In this document: one piece after another, positions 1 to 8,474 of the stretch
Layout of the letters: every line of letters begins with the position of its first letter
How positions within the stretch are numbered: the stretch's first letter is position 1
Source: Tubiluchus corallicola
Lineage: Eukaryota; Animalia; Priapulida
Assembly (NCBI GenBank): GCA_030141605.1
Contig: JAQGDQ010002092.1
Span: 1 to 15,247, forward strand
Direction of reading: 5' to 3'
DNA length: 15,247 bases
Translations under genes and position numbers: made by a program
Notes under the pieces: model-generated
What the model saw: the letters and a program-made list of their open reading frames with translations, nothing else
The model's database searches: none
Told to the model about the DNA's origin: nothing

Positions 1-349
1 ATTATCCTTGTTTAAAGATGGAAGTTTGTGTCGCCTTGCTGGCTGCCTGCATCATTATCCTTGTTTAAAGATGGAAGTTTGTGTCGCTTTGCTCGCTGCC
101 TGCTTTATTATCCTTGTTTAAAGATGAAAGTTTGCCTCGCTTTGCTGGCTGCCTGTATCATTATCCTTGTTTAAAGATGGAAGTTTGTGTCGCCTTGCTG
201 GCTTACTGTATCATTATCCTTGTTTAAAGATGGAAGTTTGCCTCGCTTTGCTGGCTGCCTGCATCATTATCCTTGTTTAAAGATGGAAGTTTGCCTCGCT
301 TTGCTGGCTTACTGCATCATTATCCTTGCTTAAAGATGGAAGTTTGTGT
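1..349 (+). repeat. 53-bp tandem minisatellite, ~6.6 copies, truncated by the window edge; last unit runs into the acceptor of the exon-2 copy
   Basis: ATTATCCTTGTTTAAAGATGGAAGTTTG... recurs at 1, 54, 107, 160, 213, 266, 319; reverse complement of the array at 3876-4460. Confidence 0.95.
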
Positions 350-354
350 TGCAG

Positions 355-439
355 GTTGGATTTGACGATATCATTGCAGAACCGGAAGACGTAAGAAGCA
401 TAAATTTCTGCTGGGGTTGCTCGTACGCTTGCTTTAATG
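355..439 (+). pseudogene. Inverted duplicate of caveolin exon 2 (VGFDDIIAEPEDVRSINFCWGCSYACFN-G), splice sites intact
   Basis: ttgcag|GTTGGATTT...TTTAATG|gtaaga, 85 nt; the only difference I see from 3870-3786 is a synonymous TTT/TTC. No plus-strand exon 3 follows in the window. Could instead be an exon of a paralog starting left of the window. Confidence 0.75.
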
Positions 440-918
440 GTAAGAAAATTATTGATTTTTTTCATTCAGATGGAATTTTTATCGTTTTCTGGTTTGCGTG
501 TTTCTGTGTCTCCTTGTTGTGCGACTTCATTAGTTTATTCATTCGTATGTTAATTAATTAGTTAATTAATTAATTAATTTACTAATTTATTCAATCATTC
601 GTTCATTTATTCACTCACTCATCAACCCGTCAATTGTTCTTTCACTCACTCATCCATTCAATCGTTCATTCTTTTTTCGTTTGTTCATTGATTTATTTAC
701 TCACTCACTCACTCATTCCTTCTTTGTTCATTTATTCAAACATTTTCATTAACTATTTCACTCACTCATTCCTTCTTTGTTCATTTATTCAACTTTTCAT
801 TAACTATTTCACCATCATCTTATTCATTTGTTCGTTCACTAATTCGTTCGTTCATTGATTTATTCATTCATTCGTTCGTTCATTATTTATTTACTCACTC
901 ACTTCCTCACTCATTCCT

Positions 919-1331
919 ATTAAGCTCACTTATCCATGAATCCGTCAATCGTGCAGAATTTGTTAAGACAAGTTCACACCTACCCGACATTCAATATGTA
1001 CTTTAAATTTGTCGTTTCTTCTCCTTTAATTAAGCTCAACTCTTATCCATGAATCCGTCAATCGTGTAGAATTTGTTAAGACAAGTTCACACCTACCCGA
1101 CATTCAATATGTACTTTAAATTTATCGTTTCTTCTCCTTTAATTAAGCTCAACTCTTATCCATGAATCCGTCAATCGTGTAGAATTTGTTAAGACAAGTT
1201 CACACCTACCCGACATTCAATATGTACTTTAAATTTGTCGTTTCTTCTCCTTTAATTAAGCTCAACTCTCATCCATGAATCCGTCAATCGTGCAGAATTT
1301 GTTAAGACAAGTTCACACCTACCCGACATTC
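919..1331. repeat. 113-bp tandem repeat, ~3.6 copies, each carrying the exon-3 donor site
   Basis: CCATGAATCC at 934, 1047, 1160, 1273 (113-bp spacing); each unit has ACACCTACCCGACATTC = GAATGTCGG|GTAGGTGT on the minus strand. Confidence 0.95.
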
Positions 1332-1468
1332 GATCTGGCAGTATTTGTAGTACGGTATGCAGTACCAGATGTGGTTAAAAGCGAGGCAGGCGAAACTGCA
1401 CCCCCAACACAGAGCCAAAATTGGAGCACAAAGAAATGTGAGAAACTTGTAGCAACAATTCTTTCCAC
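1323..1468 (-). CDS. CAV: Caveolin family protein, coding exon 3 (intramembrane hairpin region)
   Basis: ttattacag|GTGGAAAG acceptor in phase 1, matching exon 2; encodes (G)GKNCCYKFLTFLCAPILALCWGCSFACLAFNHIWYCIPYYKYCQIECR, aligning by eye to caveolin [39 protein letters not shown]...IEIQC; probable donor CGG|gtaggt at 1323/1322 (otherwise read-through to TAA at 1304-1302). Confidence 0.92.
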
Positions 1469-1709
1469 CTGTAATAAGAGGTAATTGTAAATGATACAGC
1501 AAAAGCGTTTCTGATAATTTTAATAACAGATTAAAACTTAATTAACGGTAATTAATGATCCCAACCATTGATGACATCACAAACTAACATATTTTTCAAC
1601 AGCAAAAATATTCGACGAGCGTGTTGCACGTGTTTGAGAAAGCGATAATTGAAGTTCAGTGCTACTGGAATACATTCGGTGTGTTGTACTAAAACTAGGC
1701 AAGTTTTAA

Positions 1710-1788
1710 CCCTTTCACTACGTAGTTGCTTTGTAACGGGGCCGCATTAGCTTTTGTACATTTAACAATAACTTCCGTAGTGAAAGGG
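1710..1788. mobile_element. 79-bp piggyBac-type MITE
   Basis: TTAA|CCCTTTCACTACG ... CGTAGTGAAAGGG|TTAA: perfect 13-bp TIRs starting CCC, flanked by TTAA at 1706-1709 and 1789-1792. Confidence 0.85.
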
Positions 1789-1914
1789 TTAAGATCAAAA
1801 CTCAAATTTCAAATTTACCGATGTTTTCACGCATGAGCTGTCCAGCGTGTGCAGTTCGTCACAAACTAACATATCTGAACTAAGAGGTAGAGCTCCCGTT
1901 TTTTGTGCAAATGC

Positions 1915-1975
1915 CTTTGCTTAACTTGGGCGATCAGACGTGAACTGGTGTTTTCAACGTAAAATGGCTGTAGAT
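1915..1975 (-). pseudogene. 5S rRNA-derived fragment (5' half; pseudogene or SINE3 head)
   Basis: Minus strand ATCTACAGCCATTTTACGTTGAAAACACCAGTTCACGTCTGATCGCCCAAGTTAAGCAAAG matches the 5' ~60 nt of invertebrate 5S rRNA as I recall it, including box A (AGTTAAGC); box C absent. Confidence 0.8.
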
Positions 1976-2544
1976 ATGTAACAGACTCAGAGTAACTAAA
2001 GTAATATTTTTTCTTTAAAAATCCCTTTCTACATATTTTCCCTCTCTGTACGTAAGTTGATTAAATAATCCAGAATAAAATTTCATGCTATTGACCGCAT
2101 GCGTCTGGTAACTGCTATAAAACTTCTCAATTTCGTATCATGGCAACTTTGATGTACATGTACAAATATTTAGTTTCTAAGCGGCAGCCGATCAATTATT
2201 GATGATGACACCAATTACTAATGCATAGTAATGCACTGCTGTTACCTTTCTAACCAGAGTGGGTTTTTGGGAAGGGGCGGACGTCAAAAGGGGAACAAGT
2301 CAAATATTCCGTATGCTTTCATTTTTTCTTTGTCTTTAATAAATGATACGTAGAAGTTAAAACAGGCAGTTTTAATACACCATAATTTTTGTTTAAACGA
2401 GAAAAAATAAAACACAAGAAAAATAAATTTTTCCTTTTTTCAGCTGGAAATTGTTGATTAAAAAGGTGTCGTAAGTCTTTGATGTGACCTTTAATCATTA
2501 GTCAATGCAATTATTGGTGTCAGTAAATGATTAAATGAACATTT

Positions 2545-2878
2545 GTGTGTTTGCAAGTGTTGTACATGCTGTTGTACATGCTGTTGTACATGCTGTTTGC
2601 AAGTGTTGTACATGCTGTTTGCACGTGTTGTACATGCTGTTTGCAAGTGTTGTATATGCTGTTTGCACGTGTTGTACATGCTGTTGTACATGCTGTTTGC
2701 ACGTGTTGTACATGCTGTTGTACATGCTGTTTGCACGTGTTGTATATGCTGTTGTACATGTTGTTTGCACGTGTTGCACATGCTGTTTGCAGGTGTTGTA
2801 CATGCTGTTGTACATGCTGTTTGCACGTGTTGTATATGCTGTTGTACATGCTGTTTGCACGTGTTGTTCATGCTGTTC
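2545..2878. repeat. Compound minisatellite of 12-bp (GTTGTACATGCT) and 22-bp (GTTTGCACGTGTTGTACATGCT) units
   Basis: Units read directly; explains the six overlapping repetitive ORFs at 2491-2946. Confidence 0.95.
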
Positions 2879-3089
2879 AGTTAGATCTAAATCATTACAG
2901 GAATTCACAGTTTCTCCATCGACTGTCACAAAATTTTAGAAATTAGTTTAAATTTCATTTCTGCAATAACTTCTGACAATCATTTTAAGTCAAAATTATA
3001 AAAAAACATCACAGTTAAATTACAACTGGAATCTAAATTTTAATGAGACGATCATAATTTATCTGGACAAATTTAACAGAGTGGCCGAG

Positions 3090-3690
3090 TTAATGAATGA
3101 ATGAATCAATGAATGAATGATCGAAAAGATGAATGGATAAATGAGTGAATGAAATGATGAAGGGATGAATGCATGAACGAATGAATGAATAAATCAATGA
3201 ATGAACGAGTTAATGAATGAACGAATGAATGGATGAGTGAGTGAAATAGTTAATGAAAAGTTGAATAAATGAATGAAATGATGAAGGAATGGATAAATGA
3301 ACGAAAGAAGGAATGAGTGAGTGAGTGAGTAAATAAATCAATGAACGAACGAATGAATGAATAAATCAATGAACGAACGAATTAATGAACGAACAAATGA
3401 ATGGATGAGTGAGTGAAATAGTTAATGAAAAGTTGAATAAATGAACAAAAGAAGGAATGAGTGAGTGAAATAGTTAATGAAAAGTTGAATAAATGAACAA
3501 AAGAAGGAATGAGTGAGTGAGTGAGTAAATAAATCAATGAACAAACGAAAAAAGAATGAACGATTGAATGGATGAGTGAGTGAAAGAATAATTGACGGGT
3601 TGATGAGTGAGTGAATAAGTGAACGAATGATTGAATAAATTAGTAAATTAATTAATTAATTAACTAATTAATTAACATACGAATGAATAA
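3090..3690. repeat. Degenerate (TGAA/TGAG/CGAA)n microsatellite in caveolin intron 2
   Basis: Runs of GAAT, GAGT, GAAC and TAAT; the 3309-3690 part is mirrored at 535-918. Confidence 0.9.
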
Positions 3691-4224
3691 ACTAATGAAG
3701 TCGCACAACAAGGAGACACAGAAACACGCAAACCAGAAAACGATAAAAATTCCATCTGAATGAAAAAAATCAATAATTTTCTTACCATTAAAGCAAGCGT
3801 ACGAGCAACCCCAGCAGAAATTTATGCTTCTTACGTCTTCCGGTTCTGCAATGATATCGTCGAATCCAACCTGCAACACAAACTTATATCTTTAAACAAG
3901 GATAATGATACAGTAAGCCAGCAAGGCGAGGCAAACTTCCATCTTTAAACAAGGATAATGATGCAGGCAGCCAGCAAGGCGAGGCAAACTTCCATCTTTA
4001 AACAAGGATAATGATACAGTAAGCCAGCAAGGCGAGGCAAACCTCCATCTTTAAACAAGGATAATGATACAGGCAGCCAGCAAAGCGAGGCAAACTTCCA
4101 TCTTTAAACAAGGATAATAAAGCAGGCAGCGAGCAAAGCGACACAAACTTCCATCTTTAAACAAGGATAATGATGCAGTAAGCCAGCAAGGCGACACAAA
4201 CCTCCATCTTTAAACAAGGATAAT
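3309..4224 (-). repeat. Right arm of the inverted duplication (partner 1-918), containing exon 2
   Basis: Reverse complement of 1-918 with scattered substitutions and small indels. Confidence 0.95.
3786..3870 (-). CDS. CAV: Caveolin family protein, coding exon 2 (signature motif and scaffolding domain)
   Basis: ttgcag|GTTGGATTC...TTTAATG|gtaag; 85 nt, phase 0 to 1; VGFDDIIAEPEDVRSINFCWGCSYACFN matches the caveolin signature FEDVIAEP. Confidence 0.93.
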
Positions 4225-4460
4225 GATACAGGCAGCCAGCAAGGCGACACAAACTTCCATCTTTAAACAAGGATAATGGTACAGGCAGCCAGCAAGGCGA
4301 GGCAAACTTTCATCTTTAAACAAGGATAATGGTACAAGCAGCCAGCAAGGCGACACAAACTTCCATCTTTAAACAAGGATAATGGTACAGGCAGCCAGCA
4401 AGGCGACACACACTTCCATCGTTAAACAAGGATAATAAAGCAGGCAGTCTACAAAGCGAG
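3876..4460 (-). repeat. 53-bp tandem minisatellite, ~11 copies, directly upstream of the exon-2 acceptor
   Basis: CATCTTTAAACAAGGATAAT repeated with 53-bp period. Confidence 0.95.
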
Positions 4461-4879
4461 AAAGCAAACAACCTGTATCCACCCACCTGTCCAATGGCTT
4501 CACGGCTAAGTATGATTACTACAGGTGGCATCACAATGTGGGTGCCAAACTGTCAATAATCAGGTTTCTGTCACCAAGGGCTGCCAAAACGTATGCGCAT
4601 GCGCGTAGCATGGACTCCAGCAGCTAATATCTATTACTGTATCACTTTCTATGTGTAACTTACTTTTGGTATGTAGAATTTTAGCGTCACTTTACTAGTA
4701 TCTGTGTCAAATTTTTAACATTAACTTAATTTTAGTATTAAAAGTAAAATTTCCTAAGTTTTCTAAAAGCTCTCCTTTTCATCTTTTGTCTACCTTATTT
4801 TACCTGCAGATTAAAGGCTGGTTATGTATATATGAAGAGGCTGCTAAGATGATGATAATGATGACGATAAATGTTACAC

Positions 4880-5070
4880 AATATATACATACATATATAC
4901 ATTATTATTTATATATGTATATAATTATATATGTATATGTATATAATATTTATATATGTTATTATTTATATATATATATATATTATACACACATGCAAGA
5001 CCTCTATTTGCAGACCGATAATTCTGCACTGTATCATGATATAAGGATATAAGATTATATATATATATAC
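4880..5070. repeat. (AT)n-rich low-complexity tract
   Basis: Degenerate TA dinucleotide runs. Confidence 0.8.
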
Positions 5071-5516
5071 AACACGGTCAGTTATAATTATGTCCTTAAT
5101 ACATGGTCCAGAAACTTGCTTATAAAACCTCTTAGCAATTATTTATGATAATTAAGGTCCATAATAACAGAATTCATTCACTGGGATTGTTCAGATTACA
5201 CTATTAAATAGGAAAGTATTAAAAATGACAAACGTTTCTACGTGCGTGCTTTACTTACTAAATATATAAGAACAAGGAGTTTTGCTACTAAAGTTACGAT
5301 AAAACCAGGATATATTTTGCCTGAGTTATACATATATGCATATAAATATATGTACATATGTGTGCGTGAGTTAAAATTTATATTGTATTACGCATTTAGC
5401 CCTTTTACATCCCTTTACAAGCTGATAAGATAAAACCGTCTCTCTCAAAAGTGACTAGAGCTTTATTTAATGTTTCTTCTTTTTTTAAATACACTGGTTA
5501 TGTCTGCATATGTTGT

Positions 5517-5806
5517 AGTCCAGATGGCTTCTTGTCCACATGGCTTCATGTCCACATGGCTTCTTGTCCACATGGCTTGTTGTCCACATGGCTTGTTGTC
5601 CACATGGCTTGTTGTCCACATGGCTTCTTGTCCACATGGCTTCATGTCCACATGGCTTCATGTCCACATGGCTTCTTGTCCAGATGGCTTGTTGTCCACA
5701 TGGCTTGTTGTCCACATGGCTTGTTGTCCACATGGCTTCATGTCCACATGGCTTCTTGTCCACATGGCTTCTTGTCCGCATGGCTTCTTGTCCACATGGC
5801 TTCTTG
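5517..5806. repeat. 16-bp tandem minisatellite (ATGGCTT[C/G][T/A]TGTCCAC), ~18 copies
   Basis: Unit read directly; produces 16-aa-period ORFs in several frames. Confidence 0.95.
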
Positions 5807-5924
5807 ATATTTAACAAACTTATTTACATTGTCAGACTCTAAGGCTGACCAATCGTCTATTGATGTCAGTCCGTCTTTGGTGTTTGGAAAAACACGACAA
5901 CAAAACGGAAAAAAGTGAGAATTC

Positions 5925-6014
5925 TAAGCAAGTGGTTTTCGTTCGCGCCTTCGCAAGTTAAGTGGGTGTGAGCATTCAGGTCCGGGTTCAATTCCAGGAT
6001 ATGACACTTTTTTT
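5925..6014 (+). other. Possible tRNA-derived (SINE-like) remnant
   Basis: A-box-like TAAGCAAGTGG (5925-5935), B-box GGTTCAATTCC (5985-5995), T-run at ~6008-6014; no convincing cloverleaf. Confidence 0.3.
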
Positions 6015-6292
6015 ACTCTAATGACTACTGAATTTAACTTAAGGCAGCAATGGCAAAATTCTTCGCTAATTGATTTTTATAACCGTTACATTCTTTGGAT
6101 TTGAAAATTGCCATTATGACTATGACGTGTTCCGCTATTTTAGGCAAGTCTTAAGATAATTCTGTCATTAGCTGTTTGTACGTAGAGATAACAGCCACCG
6201 CATTATTGCAAAAGATGCTAATGTTCTTTCTAAAGACATTAGCGAATGTGGTGAACTTTCGCAGGCTATGTGCATTAAAACTGTTTCTTTGA

Positions 6293-6583
6293 TTTCGGTT
6301 TCGGTTTGGACATGTTTATGATACCCAAGGTAGATTTAATAAAAAGAAATTTATCAAAGCCATAAACGATAAACTTGGATCTCGGTATACACAATACTGG
6401 CTGCAGGAAATGAACCGTCCTACACCGAATGAAAATAACAATAAACTTAGAAGGTGTAAACTTTTTAAAAATTCTTATAAGAACAAAGTGGAAGATGAAT
6501 TGCATGTAATTAGTGAATGTCCACTGTACGCTCATGTAAGAGAGGAATGTTTTCGTTTTGTTTCTGATTTTACTGGTATTTGA
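6293..6583 (+). pseudogene. Degenerate C-terminal fragment of a non-LTR retrotransposon ORF2 (clade uncertain, RTE-X/L2-like)
   Basis: ATG-less open frame FGHVYDTQGRFNKKKFIKAINDKLGSRYTQYW...NKLRRCKLFKNSY-KNKVEDELHVISECPLYAHVR resembles the GFGxVW / KLRTYxLFK / EDExHFxxxCPLY motifs of LINE C-termini; the CxxC half of the zinc knuckle appears deleted. Confidence 0.7.
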
Positions 6584-6663
6584 GGACAGTTTATACGCAT
6601 TAGTACATGTTCGTATGTAGCAAGTTTGCAATTCTTGTATATCACGAGCAGGTGCTTATACAC

Positions 6664-6805
6664 GAGTACGGCGTTGAAGATACCGGTTGTTCAAATTAGG
6701 TTGAAGACACCGGTTCTCGTCTGATCACCGAAGTTAAGCAAAGTGGAGTCTGGTTAGCACTTGGATGGGTGACCTACCAGGTGGAATACCAGGTGGTGGA
6801 GGTTT
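6664..6805 (+). pseudogene. 5S rRNA-derived segment (pseudogene or SINE3) inside copy A
   Basis: 6700-6805 GTTGAAGACACCGGTTCTCGTCTGATCACCGAAGTTAAGCAAAG...TTAGCACTTGGATGGGTGACC...GGAATACCAGGTGGTGGAGGTTT has box A and box C; a partial duplicate 5' end (GAGTACGGCGTTGAAGATACCGGTT) precedes it. Confidence 0.85.
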
Positions 6806-6829
6806 GCGGGATGCCCATACTCTATCTCG

Positions 6830-7330
6830 ACACTAGGCGAGTGAGTGAGTGAGCCCTAAAATATAGCCCGCATCATCGTGTAGCTTTGTCCTTCCTCTTT
6901 CTAAAGAGCTATACATCTCCTTCCGAGAGTCCCACCAGGCGCCTCTAAAGCGTTTTTCTGCAGGCTGTTTGGTCAAAATTTCGAAAAAATCGCGAGTTGG
7001 GTCCGGGAAAACGTCCGTTACGGACGCCGTGGCCCTCTCTCGAAATCTAAATATGCCTACTAGATTTAAATAAATCTACCCAGCGCTGAACGGGCTATCA
7101 CCACCCACGGCCCGTTCCCACTCTTCAGATCTCAGGCGTATAAGTTTTGCAAAAAACGGCCGAAAAATGGCCATTTTTGGGGGTTTTTTGCCTCCCGTTC
7201 CTCCCGGTGGGCCCCATTGGGAAAAATAAACCTTCAATGAGACGACACTAGATAGAGACCTTTCGTTTGATGTATAGATCGCTGCAAATGGTGCCGTCGT
7301 CGAAGCTGTAGCCTCGAATCTTATATATAC
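6830..7330. mobile_element. GC/CpG-rich sub-element within the composite repeat, possibly a non-autonomous rolling-circle (Helitron/Helentron-like) piece
   Basis: Abrupt CpG enrichment, (GAGT)n at one end, TA-rich other end, internal hairpin TAGATTTA-aa-TAAATCTA near 7061-7078; the class is a guess. Confidence 0.25.
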
Positions 7331-7899
7331 ATAAATAAATAAATATATATACCAAGAATATTAATATAAGAGTATAGATAGATGAATGAATGTACATATA
7401 TATATATATATATATACAAAATCCAACAAACCTATCAGTATTAAGAAACAACAATTAAACCTATTAACTAAAGAATGAAGACGCATTGAAAACTTGTGGC
7501 TTCACACTCAAATCTGGCTTCACACAGTCTGGGCGCCTTGTGCCTAACCACGCCGTGGAAGCTGGCAATGTAAATGTATCTCTTAAATATAATGTACAAC
7601 AAGACGGCAATAAAAGCCTCGTGTATTTCTCTTTAAACAGCTAAGATACAGTCAGGCACTGGGCTGCAGGTACAAATGCTCCCAAAGATGAAAGATGTAA
7701 TCAATGCATTTTTGTGTTTTTAACATTCCCGTTTGCACTAAGCGTTTACTGTTCTGTGTGAAATCTGTACGAAATGACAGGATAAAATTAAAAAATTAGA
7801 GGCTATTTCTTTCTTCATCTTTTTTCTGCTTCTTCATCTTCTCTTTTTTCTTTATGTTTACTTTTGAGTCATTTATTTTTTGAGTCATTTTTGAGGCAC

Positions 7900-8345
7900 T
7901 TATTCATTTATTTATTTACTTATTTATTCATTCGTTCGTTTGTTCGTTCGATCATTGATTGATTGATTCAATCATCCATTCATTCATTCATTTATTCATT
8001 CATTTAATTAATTAATTCGTCCGTTCGTCCGTCCGTCCGTCCGTCCGTCCGCCCGTCCGTCCATTCGTTCGTTCGTTCGTTCGTTCGTTCGTTCGTTCGT
8101 TCGTTCGTTCGTTCGTTCATTCATTCATTCATTTATTCATTCATTTAATTAATTAATTAATTCATTCATTCATTCATTCGTTCATTAATAAATTAATTTA
8201 TTCGTTCATTTATTTGTTCATTTATTCATTCATTCATTCATTCATTCATTCATTCATTCATTCATTCATTCATTAACAAATTAATTCATTTATTCATTCA
8301 TTCATTTATTTATTTATCTATGTATTAATATATTTATTTATTTGT
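7900..8345. repeat. Compound (TTCA)n/(TCCG)n/(TTCG)n microsatellite at the start of caveolin intron 1
   Basis: Pure TCCG, TTCG and TTCA runs read directly. Confidence 0.95.
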
Positions 8346-8408
8346 TAACAACTTTTCAAGTAACATAAAAATAAAAATAACATAAAATGAAAGTAAAATA
8401 TTTCTGAC

Positions 8409-8474
8409 CTGGAGATAGTCGTTGATGTTATTTGGATCTCTGTTGTCCATGTCCAAGCTCACAGGCTCCCCCAT
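8409..8474 (-). CDS. CAV: Caveolin family protein, first coding exon (MGEPVSLDMDNRDPNNINDYLQ)
   Basis: ATG at 8474, donor CAG|gtcaga, 66 nt, phase 0; DMDNRDPNNINDYLQ matches caveolin DLVNRDPKHLNDDVVK and joins exon 2 in frame. Missing from the ORF track. Confidence 0.92.

Larger units (their letters stand above)
1..918 (+). repeat. Left arm of an inverted duplication (partner 3309-4224); probably continues left of the window
   Basis: Positions mirror around a sum of ~4225 (355/3870, 439/3786; identical 71-aa ORFs at 346-561+ and 3664-3879-). Similarity ends at ...CTCATTCCT 918 / AGGAATGAG 3309. Confidence 0.95.
6019..7891 (+). mobile_element. ~1.9-kb composite repeat, copy A (inverted partner 13031-14918), in caveolin intron 1
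   Basis: TAATGACTACTG... to ...TTGAGTCATTTT is the near-identical reverse complement of 13031-14918; contains LINE- and 5S-derived parts. Confidence 0.9.

Noticed and set aside
1-349. CRISPR-like regular repeats (also 919-1331, 3876-4460)
   Set aside because: Whole units repeat with no unique spacers, no cas genes, and the context is a spliced eukaryotic gene.
346-561. 71-aa ORF (and twin 3664-3879) as a complete gene
   Set aside because: Only the 85-nt exon is caveolin-like; the rest is intron read-through and the start is not ATG.
634-858. Hydrophobic ORFs at 634-858, 4786-5052, 7248-7454, 9291-9533, 13447-13683
   Set aside because: Low-complexity microsatellite or AT-rich translations with no family motifs.
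2491-2946. Six overlapping Cys/His/Thr-rich ORFs (metallothionein-like look)
   Set aside because: Translations of a stop-free minisatellite in all frames.
4594-4604. NRF1-like TGCGCATGCGC motif
   Set aside because: Single intronic motif with no other promoter evidence.
5451-5842. Five ORFs with MASCPHG repeats
   Set aside because: Product of the 16-bp tandem array.
6275-6631. 118-aa minus-strand ORF (and 14305-14619 plus)
   Set aside because: Antisense shadow of the LINE fragment on the other strand.
6700-6805. Functional 5S rRNA gene
   Set aside because: Native 5' end missing or rearranged, insertion after box C, no strong T-run terminator, embedded in a repeat.
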